A DNA stretch of 64,000 bases from an uncultured Lachnospiraceae bacterium (GTDB lineage Bacteria; Bacillota; Clostridia; Lachnospirales; Lachnospiraceae). The notes below the pieces were generated by a model that was given only the letters and a program-made list of their open reading frames with translations, was not told the DNA's origin and did not search any database. Below are positions 19,368-27,870 of this stretch, one piece after another (position 1 is the stretch's first letter; each line of letters begins with the position of its first letter). The stretch lies in assembly GCA_947626985.1 (NCBI GenBank), contig CANQUG010000009.1, positions 1,141-65,140 of the forward strand, in the 5' to 3' direction. The position numbers and the translations under genes are program-made.

Positions 19368-19546
19368 GCAGGCGGGGCTGTGCTTCCTGTCTGGCAGACC
19401 GTTCGGGCGCGGTTTTAGCGGAGACGAAATCCACCGCTTACGGAGACTTGGGCGCGAAGGCTCTTCCTGAGCGTCCTAGCCGGAGTTAGCGGTTAGTTCG
19501 GCGGAGTGTTGCGCCGTCAACAGACAGGAAGCACAGTCCCGCCTGC
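19368..19546. other. 179-nt element bounded by 26-bp inverted repeats (candidate structured sRNA, MITE or invertible segment)
   Basis: GCAGGCGGGGCTGTGCTTCCTGTCTG (19368-19393) faces CAGACAGGAAGCACAGTCCCGCCTGC (19521-19546). The single mismatch is G:U-compatible. The GC-rich 127-nt interior has four CGGAG motifs. Confidence 0.6.
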
Positions 19547-19572
19547 GTCCGTATGCATTTTTCTTGTATTCG

Positions 19573-19630
19573 TCTGCGTTTTGTTTGCGCCTGTTTGTAC
19601 TCATCCGTGCTCTCTGCGTTTTGTTTGCGC
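19573..19630 (+). repeat. two perfect 18-bp direct repeats upstream of the fab promoter
   Basis: TCTGCGTTTTGTTTGCGC at 19573-19590 and 19613-19630, a 40-bp period. Confidence 0.85.
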
Positions 19631-19650
19631 AAGTATACTTAAAAAAACAC

Positions 19651-19679
19651 TTGACAGCAAACCGTTCCGGATATATACT
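19651..19679 (+). promoter_or_regulatory. near-consensus sigma-70 promoter of the fab/acc operon
   Basis: TTGACA (19651-19656), 17-nt spacer, TATACT (19674-19679). Confidence 0.75.
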
Positions 19680-19685
19680 TTGGAA

Positions 19686-19716
19686 ATCAAATATTTTAAT
19701 ACTAAAATGATTTGAT
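19686..19716 (+). promoter_or_regulatory. 31-bp palindromic operator candidate at the predicted transcription start
   Basis: ATCAAATATTTTA-ATAC-TAAAATGATTTGAT, with one 1-nt bulge. Further AATTTGATAAC and AATTTGAAAAC half-sites lie at 19741-19767. Confidence 0.6.
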
Positions 19717-19849
19717 AGAAAAATAATATAACAATAAAATAATTTGATAACAAAACAATTTGAAAACAAAAACTCAACAACAAAATGATTACAGCGATCT
19801 GACAGAAGAATCGTCAGGCTCATGGAAACAAAAGTTCGAGGCGTTGGAG

Positions 19850-20806
19850 ATGACAGGAAAAATATGCGGAACAGGCTCCTGTGTTCCCAGGGAGATCTTA
19901 GACAACGATATGCTGTCCCATATGGTGGAGACAAGTGACGAGTGGATACGCGAACGCACCGGAATCCGGAGAAGACATATCGCGAAGGAGGAAACTACCG
20001 CTGAAATGGCCGCGGAGGCTGCAAGAAGAGCGCTGCAGGACGCGGAAATCCCGCCGGAACTGGTGGACATGATCCTGGTAGCCACTGTTTCCGCCAATGC
20101 GGTTCTCCCCTGCACGGCATGCCAGGTCCAGAGCATGATCGGAGCGGAACACGCAGTCTGCTATGACCTGAATGCGGCCTGCAGCGGATTCATATTTGCG
20201 CTGCACACAGCCCAGGCATACATCGCGTCGGGAATGTACCGGACCATTCTGATCATCGGAGCGGAAACCCTGAGCCGCCTGGTGGACTATAAGGATCGCA
20301 GCACCTGCATTCTGTTCGGGGACGGTGCAGGAGCGGCAGTGGTTCAGGCGTCCATCACAGGATTTTACAAAGGGATCATGCGGTCTCTGGGGGACAAAGG
20401 AAAGTATCTGGTATGCGGCGAGTACAGGGAAAGACCGGATCTGCAGAGCATACAGGCGGATCACATAGAAATGAACGGCCAGGAAATCTTTAAATTTGCG
20501 GTCCGGCAGGTTCCGGCAGCGGTAGAAAGGCTGCTGGCCCTGTGCGGCACATCGCTGGAGGACCTGGATATGATTCTTCTGCATCAGGCCAACCGCCGTA
20601 TCGTGGAGGCGGTGGCCAGAAGAATGAATGCGGATATCGGACTGTTTCCCATGAATCTTCAGGAGTATGGGAACACGTCCGCGGCCAGCATCCCGATCCT
20701 TCTGGATGAGATCAACAGAAAAGGCGCGCTGAAACGGGGAATGAGAATCGTCCTGGCGGGATTCGGGGCGGGGTTGTCCCTGGGCGCATCCATGCTTACG
20801 TGGTAA
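19850..20806 (+). CDS. fabH: 3-oxoacyl-ACP synthase III
   Basis: GTGSCVPREILDNDMLSHMVETSDEWIRERTGI N-terminus, ACSGF active-site Cys, HQAN and GNTSAAS motifs. The start is set at ATG 19850 (MTGKI...). The ORF-track start at 19760 adds a non-homologous leader. Confidence 0.92.
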   Translation: MTGKICGTGSCVPREILDNDMLSHMVETSDEWIRERTGIRRRHIAKEETTAEMAAEAARRALQDAEIPPELVDMILVATVSANAVLPCTACQVQSMIGAEHAVCYDLNAACSGFIFALHTAQAYIASGMYRTILIIGAETLSRLVDYKDRSTCILFGDGAGAAVVQASITGFYKGIMRSLGDKGKYLVCGEYRERPDLQSIQADHIEMNGQEIFKFAVRQVPAAVERLLALCGTSLEDLDMILLHQANRRIVEAVARRMNADIGLFPMNLQEYGNTSAASIPILLDEINRKGALKRGMRIVLAGFGAGLSLGASMLTW

Positions 20807-20933
20807 AAAGATACAGCAGAAGAAAGCCGGTCCGTAAAAAACAGACCAGAAAAAACGGACCGAAAAAAAGAACAGAAAAAAGGATCAGAAAAAACATGAA
20901 CCAGAAGAAAGATCATGCAGGAGAACAGTAAAT

Positions 20934-21851
20934 ATGGGAAAAACAGTATTCCTTTTTCCAGGCCAGGGAGCACAGAAAGCCGGCATGGGAAGAGATTTTT
21001 ACGAAAACAGTGAGTCGGCTCGGAGCATCTACGACATGGCCTCACAGGAACTGGGGCTGGATATGTGCGCGCTGTGCTTTGAGCAGAACGACCTCCTGGA
21101 TCACACCGAATATACCCAGGCGGCCCTGACGGCCACGTGTCTCGCCATGGCGCGGGTCATACTGGAACAGGGAATTGTCCCGGATGCGGCGGCGGGCTTA
21201 AGCCTGGGAGAATACAGCGCCATTGTCACTGCGGGCGGCCTGGATGAGCGGAGCGCGGTTTCCCTGTGCAGGAGCCGCGGAATCTTTATGGAACAGGCGG
21301 TTCCTCAGGGAACCGGAGGAATGGCGGCGGTCCTGGGACTGGAGGCTCACGCCGTGGAAGAATGTGTGGAAGGACTGGAGGGCGTCACCGTTGCCAACTA
21401 CAACTGCCCGGGGCAGACGGTCATCACCGGATATCTGGACGGACTGAAAACAGCCGGAGAGCGATTGAAGGAGCGGGGAGCACGGCGTGTGATTCCCCTG
21501 AATGTCAGCGGCCCCTTCCATTCCCCCCTGCTGAAAAGGGCCCGGGAACAGCTGGCGGACGTTCTGCGCAGCGTAAATTTCAGCCCGCTCCGGCTCCCCT
21601 ATGTGACCAACGTGACAGCCCGGTATGTGACGGACGTCAGTGAAACCAGAGAGCTCCTTGCGAAACAGGTGGCTTCACCGGTACTCTGGCAGCAGAGCAT
21701 GGAGCTTCTGATCGGGGACGGAGCCGACACTTTCGTGGAGATCGGTCCGGGAAGAACACTTTCCGGATTTCTGAAAAAAATAAACCGGGATGTCCGGGTC
21801 TTTACAGTGGAAAGCTGGGAGGACGCGGTTTCCCTGAAAGGAAAGCTATGA
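20934..21851 (+). CDS. fabD: malonyl-CoA:ACP transacylase
   Basis: FLFPGQGAQ, GLSLGEYSA (active Ser) and GPFHSPLL motifs. Confidence 0.95.
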   Translation: MGKTVFLFPGQGAQKAGMGRDFYENSESARSIYDMASQELGLDMCALCFEQNDLLDHTEYTQAALTATCLAMARVILEQGIVPDAAAGLSLGEYSAIVTAGGLDERSAVSLCRSRGIFMEQAVPQGTGGMAAVLGLEAHAVEECVEGLEGVTVANYNCPGQTVITGYLDGLKTAGERLKERGARRVIPLNVSGPFHSPLLKRAREQLADVLRSVNFSPLRLPYVTNVTARYVTDVSETRELLAKQVASPVLWQQSMELLIGDGADTFVEIGPGRTLSGFLKKINRDVRVFTVESWEDAVSLKGKL

Positions 21852-22588
21852 CGACAAAAAAAACAGCGCTGGTTACAGGCGCGGGACGGGGAATAGGAAG
21901 AGCAATCGCCAGAAGACTGGCAGAGGACGGCATGCTGGTGATCGTAAACTATAACGGATCCGAAGAAAAGGCGCAGGAGGCTGCCAGGGAGATCATATCC
22001 GCGGGCGGGGAGGCGTACCCCATGAAATGCGACGTATCTGATTATGAAGCCTGCGAATCCTTTTTTAAGGAGATCCTGGAGAGATTCGGACGCCTGGACG
22101 TGCTGGTGAACAATGCGGGCGTCACCAGGGACGGACTGTTAATGAAAATGTCCGGGGAGGATTTCGGGAAGGTGATCGACATTAACCTGAAGGGAACCTT
22201 CCACTGCCTTCGGTTTGCCTCCCGCCAGATGCTGAAGCAGCGGTACGGCCGTATCGTAAACATGGCGTCCGTGGTGGGAATCGCGGGAAACGCCGGTCAG
22301 GTCAATTATGCGGCCTCCAAGGCCGGCGTCATCGGTATGACAAAATCCGCCGCCAAAGAGCTGGCCTCCCGGAATATTACGGTGAACGCCGTGGCGCCCG
22401 GATTTATTGACACAGATATGACGGCGAAGCTGCCGGAGAAGGTGCGGGAGAAAACCATGGAACAGATTCCTCTGGGCCGGTTCGGAAGGCCGGAGGACGT
22501 GGCGGAGGCGGTGGCATTTCTGGTTTCCGACTCCGCGGCGTATATAACCGGGCAGGTACTTCCCGTGGACGGCGGAATGGTTATGTGA
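21848..22588 (+). CDS. fabG: 3-oxoacyl-ACP reductase
   Basis: TGAGRGIG, NNAG and YAASKAG SDR motifs. ATGA overlap with fabD. Confidence 0.95.
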   Translation: MTTKKTALVTGAGRGIGRAIARRLAEDGMLVIVNYNGSEEKAQEAAREIISAGGEAYPMKCDVSDYEACESFFKEILERFGRLDVLVNNAGVTRDGLLMKMSGEDFGKVIDINLKGTFHCLRFASRQMLKQRYGRIVNMASVVGIAGNAGQVNYAASKAGVIGMTKSAAKELASRNITVNAVAPGFIDTDMTAKLPEKVREKTMEQIPLGRFGRPEDVAEAVAFLVSDSAAYITGQVLPVDGGMVM

Positions 22589-22604
22589 AATGAGGAGACA
22601 GGAA

Positions 22605-23846
22605 ATGAAACGGAGAGTAGTGATAACAGGAATGGGAGCGGTTACTCCCACAGGAAATTCCGTGAAGGAGTTCTGGGAGAGCGTCCGGGCCGGCAGATGC
22701 GGGGTGAGCCCGATCACCAGATTCGACGCCTCCGGGTATAAGTGCGGTCTGGCGGCTGAGGTGAAAAACTTTGACCCCAAAGAGCGCATGGACGCAAAAT
22801 CGGCCCGCAGGATGGGACTGTTTTCCCAGTACGCCGTGGCGGCTGCGGGGGAGGCCCTCCGGGATTCCGGAATCAATATGGAGAAGGAGGATCCCTACCG
22901 CGTGGGTGTGATCGTAGGCTCCGGCATCGGCAGTCTCCACCGCGTGGAGATGGAATACTCCGCCATTCTTGAGAAGGGGCCGGGGAAGGTTCATCCTCTG
23001 ATGGTTCCCATCATGATAGCCAACATGGCATCGGGAAACATCGCGATTCAGTTCGGCTGCAAAGGAAAATGCACCAGTGTGGTGACTGCCTGCGCTACGG
23101 GAACCCATTCCATAGGAGACGCTTACCGCGCCATCCAGTGGGGAGATGCGGACGTGATGCTGGCGGGCGGAACGGAGAGCGCCGTCTGTCCCACAGCCAT
23201 AGCGGGCTTCAGCGCACTGACCGCCCTCACGGATTCCACAGACCCCGCGCGGGCTTCCATTCCCTTTGACAAAGAACGGAAAGGCTTTGTGCTGGGCGAA
23301 GGAGCGGGGGTAGTGGTGCTGGAGGAGCTGGAACACGCCAAAAGGAGAGATGCGCATATTCTGGCGGAGGTGGCGGGCTACGGAGCCACATGCGACGCGT
23401 ATCATATCACCTCTCCGGCTCCGGACGGAAGCGGTTCGGCGAAAGCCATGACCCTGGCCATGAAGGAAGCCGGTATCGGCCCGGAGGAACTGGATTATAT
23501 CAACGCCCACGGAACGGGAACCCGTTACAACGATCTTTTTGAAACCAGGGCCATCAAGCTGGCGCTGGGGGAGCGTGCATACCGGATTCCGGTAAATTCC
23601 ACAAAATCCATGGTGGGGCATCTTCTGGGCGCGGCGGGAGCCGTGGAGCTGATCACCTGCGTGAAGGAGATTCAGGAGGGCTTTATCCATCAGACTATCG
23701 GAACGGTTTCCACCGATGAGGAATGCGAGCTGGATTATGTCATCGGAAAACCGGTGGAAAAAAACATCGATTATGCCATGAGCAATTCTCTTGGATTCGG
23801 CGGTCACAATGCTTCGCTGCTCATACGGTCGTACGGGAGGGAATAG
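22605..23846 (+). CDS. fabF: 3-oxoacyl-ACP synthase II
   Basis: VVITGMG N-terminus, ACATG active Cys, NAHGTGT and GFGGHN motifs. ATG 22605 after GAGGAG. Confidence 0.95.
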   Translation: MKRRVVITGMGAVTPTGNSVKEFWESVRAGRCGVSPITRFDASGYKCGLAAEVKNFDPKERMDAKSARRMGLFSQYAVAAAGEALRDSGINMEKEDPYRVGVIVGSGIGSLHRVEMEYSAILEKGPGKVHPLMVPIMIANMASGNIAIQFGCKGKCTSVVTACATGTHSIGDAYRAIQWGDADVMLAGGTESAVCPTAIAGFSALTALTDSTDPARASIPFDKERKGFVLGEGAGVVVLEELEHAKRRDAHILAEVAGYGATCDAYHITSPAPDGSGSAKAMTLAMKEAGIGPEELDYINAHGTGTRYNDLFETRAIKLALGERAYRIPVNSTKSMVGHLLGAAGAVELITCVKEIQEGFIHQTIGTVSTDEECELDYVIGKPVEKNIDYAMSNSLGFGGHNASLLIRSYGRE

Positions 23847-23850
23847 AATA

Positions 23851-24270
23851 ATGGAGCTGGAACAGTTAACAGAGCTGATTAAGGCGGTATCGAAGTCGGA
23901 CTGTACCTCCTTCTGCTTCGAGGAGGGGAATCTGAAGATAAAAATAAAAAAGGACAGAAAAGTCTCCGCCTCCGTATCGGAGAAGAAGGCACCGGCGGAG
24001 GAGGAACCTGGGGAAGAGCCGGAGGACAGATTTATCCGCGCGCCCCTGGTGGGTACCTTTTATTCCTCGGCCAAAGAGGACGGCGAACCCCTGGTTAAGG
24101 TGGGGGATGTGATCCATAAGGGACAGGTTCTGGGAATCGTGGAAGCCATGAAGCTGATGAACGACATTGAGAGCGATCTGGACGGCACGGTGGCGGAAAT
24201 TCTTATCGGAAACAGATCCATGGTGGAATACGGGCAGCCTCTGTTCAGGATCGTTCAGACGGGGGCGTAA
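23851..24270 (+). CDS. accB: biotin carboxyl carrier protein
   Basis: EAMKLMN biotinylation motif and a Pro/Glu-rich linker. ATG 23851 after GGGAGGG. The ORF-track start at 23791 overlaps fabF. Confidence 0.92.
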   Translation: MELEQLTELIKAVSKSDCTSFCFEEGNLKIKIKKDRKVSASVSEKKAPAEEEPGEEPEDRFIRAPLVGTFYSSAKEDGEPLVKVGDVIHKGQVLGIVEAMKLMNDIESDLDGTVAEILIGNRSMVEYGQPLFRIVQTGA

Positions 24271-24275
24271 AGGCA

Positions 24276-25643
24276 ATGTTAAAAAAAGTACTGATCGCCA
24301 ACAGGGGCGAGATCGCGGTGCGGATCATCCGCGCCCTGCGGGAGATGGGAATACAGTCGGTGGCTGTATACTCCACGGCCGACGCCGGCGCGCTCCATGT
24401 GCAGCTTGCCGATCAGGCGGTCTGCATCGGGGAAGCGCCCGCGAGAGACAGCTATCTGAACATGGAAAATATCATCAGCGCGACCATGGTGACCGGCGCC
24501 GACGCAATCCATCCCGGCTTCGGCTTTTTGTCAGAGAATCACAGATTTGCGGAGCTCTGCGAAAAATGCAACATTATTTTTATCGGTCCGCCCTCGGGAG
24601 TGATCGAAAAAATGGGAAATAAGCAGAAGGCCAGAGAAACCATGAAGGAGGCGGGAATTCCGGTGATCCCCGGGAGCCCGGAACCGTTAAACGACGTGGA
24701 GGAGGCCCGGAGGCAGGCGCAGGAGATCGGCTACCCTGTGATGATTAAGGCGGTGCTGGGCGGCGGAGGAAAGGGAATCCGGGTGGCCGGCACTCCGGAA
24801 GAATTTGAGGCTGCCTTTTTGGCGGCACGGGCGGAGGCCCAGGCGTCCTTCGGCGACGGAAACATGTATCTCGAACGTTTCCTGGAGCATCCCAGGCACA
24901 TTGAAGTTCAGATCCTGGCGGATTCTCAGGGGCATGTGATCCATCTGGGCGAGCGCGACTGTTCCATACAGAGGAATCACCAGAAGCTGATCGAGGAATC
25001 GCCCTGCGCGGCGGTGGACCAGGAGCTGAGGGAGAACATCGGCAGGATGGCTGTGCGCGCCGCGCGCGCTGCGGGATATGTCAGCGCCGGCACGGTGGAG
25101 TTCCTGATGATGCCCGACGGGACCTTTTATTTTATGGAAATGAATACCCGCATACAGGTGGAACATCCGGTGACCGAGTGGGTGACAGGGCTGGATCTTA
25201 TAAAAGCCCAGATCCGTATTGCCATGGGGCAGCCCCTGACTGTCCGTCAGAGCGACGTGAAGGTCCGGGGTCATGCCATCGAATGCAGGATCAATGCGGA
25301 GGATCCGGAACGGGGTTTCCGGCCGTGCCCCGGGACCATCCGGAATCTTTATCTTCCGGGAGGCTGCGGCGTGCGGGTGGATACGGCGGCCTACAGCGGC
25401 AGCGAGATACCTCCCTGGTATGATTCCATGATCGTGAAGCTGATCGTTCACGGGGAGGATCGCCGGGAGGCTGTGGCCAGGATGCGCTGCGCCCTGGGAG
25501 AGGTGGTTATAGAGGGTGTTCAGACCAATGCGGATTTTTTGTATGAGATCATCAATCATCCGGATTTTCAGGCCGGCAGAACAGACAACACATTTATAGA
25601 GCGCGTCATGGAGGATATTCATGAATCTGAAACAGGTGTTTAA
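24276..25643 (+). CDS. accC: biotin carboxylase
   Basis: KVLIANRGEIAVRIIRA N-terminus, an ATP-grasp GGGGKGIR loop and MNTRIQVEHPVTE. Confidence 0.96.
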   Translation: MLKKVLIANRGEIAVRIIRALREMGIQSVAVYSTADAGALHVQLADQAVCIGEAPARDSYLNMENIISATMVTGADAIHPGFGFLSENHRFAELCEKCNIIFIGPPSGVIEKMGNKQKARETMKEAGIPVIPGSPEPLNDVEEARRQAQEIGYPVMIKAVLGGGGKGIRVAGTPEEFEAAFLAARAEAQASFGDGNMYLERFLEHPRHIEVQILADSQGHVIHLGERDCSIQRNHQKLIEESPCAAVDQELRENIGRMAVRAARAAGYVSAGTVEFLMMPDGTFYFMEMNTRIQVEHPVTEWVTGLDLIKAQIRIAMGQPLTVRQSDVKVRGHAIECRINAEDPERGFRPCPGTIRNLYLPGGCGVRVDTAAYSGSEIPPWYDSMIVKLIVHGEDRREAVARMRCALGEVVIEGVQTNADFLYEIINHPDFQAGRTDNTFIERVMEDIHESETGV

Positions 25644-27642
25644 GAAAACCTGGCCGGGACAGGAAACGAGGGACGTTGAGGAGACCCTGCGCCCTGAGGT
25701 ACCGGTCGGAATCATGAAAAAATGCAATCACTGCAGGGCTGCGGTTATGGACGAGGAGGTAAAGGAACATCACTACATCTGTCCGAAGTGCCATAAGTAT
25801 TTCCGCATGCCCGCGTATGCCAGGATCCGTTCCCTGGCGGATAAGGACACCTTCGAGGAATGGGATCAGGGGATGACAGGCAGGAATCCCATGAATTACG
25901 CCAGGTATGAGAGAAAGCTGGATGCGCTGCGGGAAAAAACCGGCCTCGATGAAGCGGTGGTTACGGGAAAAGCCAGGATCATGGGTCATGAAACCGTTTT
26001 GTGCGTGATGGACAGCCGGTTCCTGATGGCGAGTATGGGAAGCGTGGTGGGAGAAAAGATCGCGCGGGCGGCGGAGCGCGCTCTGGAACAGAGGCTCCCG
26101 GTGGTGATCTTTTCCTGCTCCGGCGGCGCCCGTATGCAGGAGGGAATTGTTTCGCTGATGCAGATGGTTAAGACATCCGCCGCGCTGAAGAAGCACAGCG
26201 AGGCCGGGCTGCTGTATATCTCCGTGCTCACGGATCCGGTCACCGGCGGGGTGACGGCCAGCTTTGCCATGCAGGGAGATATCATTCTCTCAGAGCCGGG
26301 AGCGCTGGTGGGGTTCGCGGGGCCGAGAGTGATCGAGCAGACCATCGGTCAGAAACTTCCTGCGGGATTTCAGACTGCGGAATATCTTCTGGAGCACGGA
26401 TTTATAGATGCTGTTGTGGAGAGGGAGTCCATGCGGGAAACCCTGGCTTTTCTTCTCGCTGTACACGAGGATAAAGGCCGGAACAGGGCGGCGGAGGAAA
26501 GGTTCAGCGGCAGCGGGACAGAAACCTCCGGTATGGAGGATGCAGAGACAGGCGGGAACCTGCGGAGTAGGCAGGAACACGCAGATACAGGCGGAATCCT
26601 GCGGAGTGAACAGGAATATGCCGAGACAGGCGGAGCCCTGCGGGATGGGCGGAAATACGCCGAGACAGGCGGAGTCCTGCCTGATGAGCAAAAATACGCA
26701 GAGTTAGGCGAAATCCTGCCGGATGAGCAAAAATACGCAGATGCAGGTGCAATCCTGCGGGATGGACGAGAATACGGAGAGACGGGCGAAATTCCGCCGG
26801 ACGGACAGGAACACGTACAGACAGAAGCCCAAGATCAGGAATATGAGCTGTCCGGAGAGATGCGGGATGCGTGGGACCGGGTACAGACGGCCAGGGACAG
26901 GAACAGACCGTCGGGACAGGATTTTATAGACAATTTGTTTACAGACTTCATGGAATTTCATGGGGACCGCTGCCTGGGAGATGACCGGGCCCTTGTGGGA
27001 GGCGTCGCTTATTTCATGGAGCGTCCGGTTACGGCGCTCGCCCAGATCAAGGGCAACACTCTTAAAGAACAGAAGCAGCGCCATTTCGGCATGACCATGC
27101 CGGAAGGCTACCGGAAAGCGCTGCGGCTGATGCTCCAGGCGGAAAAATTCCGCCGTCCGGTCATCTGTTTTGTGGATACTCCCGGCGCATTCTGCGGCGT
27201 GGAAGCGGAGGAACACGGCCAGGGAGAGGCGATCGCGCGGAACCTGTACGAAATGGCGGATTTAAAGACGCCGGTCCTTGCCATACTCATCGGAGAGGGA
27301 GGCAGCGGCGGCGCGCTTGCCCTGGCCGTTGCCAATGAAGTCTGGATGCTGGAAAACGCTGTGTATTCCATTCTTTCTCCAGAAGGATTCGCAAGCATCC
27401 TGTGGAAGGACAGTAAGAGAGCGGGGGAGGCCGCCAGGATCATGGGACTGACGGCTCCGGAGCTGAAAAAAATGGGGATTGTGGAGAGAGTACTCCCTGA
27501 ACCTGAGAAGCTGACGAAGGAAAATATGATGGAGGTGTGCGGCTCGCTCCGCACGGGCATTGAGGATTTCCTCGGAAGATATGCCTCTCTTTCCGGCAGG
27601 GAGCTGGCGGAACTGAGGTACAGACGATTTCGGAAAATGTGA
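25621..27642 (+). CDS. accD-accA: fused acetyl-CoA carboxylase carboxyltransferase, beta (AccD) and alpha (AccA) halves in one 673-aa polypeptide
   Basis: N-terminal half: CNHC...CPKC zinc ribbon and GGARMQEG. C-terminal half: FMEFHGDRCLGDDRALVGG, FVDTPGA and GEGGSGGALA. The halves are joined by a repetitive linker. A 23-nt overlap with accC. Confidence 0.9.
   Translation: MNLKQVFKKTWPGQETRDVEETLRPEVPVGIMKKCNHCRAAVMDEEVKEHHYICPKCHKYFRMPAYARIRSLADKDTFEEWDQGMTGRNPMNYARYERKLDALREKTGLDEAVVTGKARIMGHETVLCVMDSRFLMASMGSVVGEKIARAAERALEQRLPVVIFSCSGGARMQEGIVSLMQMVKTSAALKKHSEAGLLYISVLTDPVTGGVTASFAMQGDIILSEPGALVGFAGPRVIEQTIGQKLPAGFQTAEYLLEHGFIDAVVERESMRETLAFLLAVHEDKGRNRAAEERFSGSGTETSGMEDAETGGNLRSRQEHADTGGILRSEQEYAETGGALRDGRKYAETGGVLPDEQKYAELGEILPDEQKYADAGAILRDGREYGETGEIPPDGQEHVQTEAQDQEYELSGEMRDAWDRVQTARDRNRPSGQDFIDNLFTDFMEFHGDRCLGDDRALVGGVAYFMERPVTALAQIKGNTLKEQKQRHFGMTMPEGYRKALRLMLQAEKFRRPVICFVDTPGAFCGVEAEEHGQGEAIARNLYEMADLKTPVLAILIGEGGSGGALALAVANEVWMLENAVYSILSPEGFASILWKDSKRAGEAARIMGLTAPELKKMGIVERVLPEPEKLTKENMMEVCGSLRTGIEDFLGRYASLSGRELAELRYRRFRKM
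26542..26814 (+). repeat. in-frame 39-bp tandem repeat x7 encoding the AccD-AccA linker
   Basis: Seven consecutive 13-codon units: AETGGNLRSRQEH, ADTGGILRSEQEY, AETGGALRDGRKY, AETGGVLPDEQKY, AELGEILPDEQKY, ADAGAILRDGREY, GETGEIPPDGQEH. Confidence 0.92.
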
Positions 27643-27671
27643 TGATTTCTTATATACGGCTGTTATAAAAT

Positions 27672-27705
27672 ATCGGCGACGGAGGGATTCTCCGGCGCCG
27701 ATTTT
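27672..27705 (+). terminator. terminator of the fab/acc operon
   Basis: ATCGGCG-a-CGGAG ... CTCCG-g-CGCCGAT extended stem followed by TTTT. Confidence 0.75.
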
Positions 27706-27870
27706 GCTATACCGGTATGGAAAAGCTATATGCTGTATGCCATGCCAGGACAGAAAAACTTTGTGCCATATGCTGTACCGTGCCGGAAAAGCTGTTCTTG
27801 TAATGTCAGGATTCTCATGCTACAATTATTGAATGGAATTTCAAATATTTTTGGGAAAAGGTGAGAATCT

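Noticed and set aside
26290-26752. ORFs in other frames or on the opposite strand across the accD/A linker repeat: 26290..26691(-), 26408..26707(+), 26504..26752(-) and 26704..27216(-).
   Set aside because: These are artefacts of the 39-bp periodicity, which keeps several frames open. The accD-accA frame is continuous with conserved domains on both sides.
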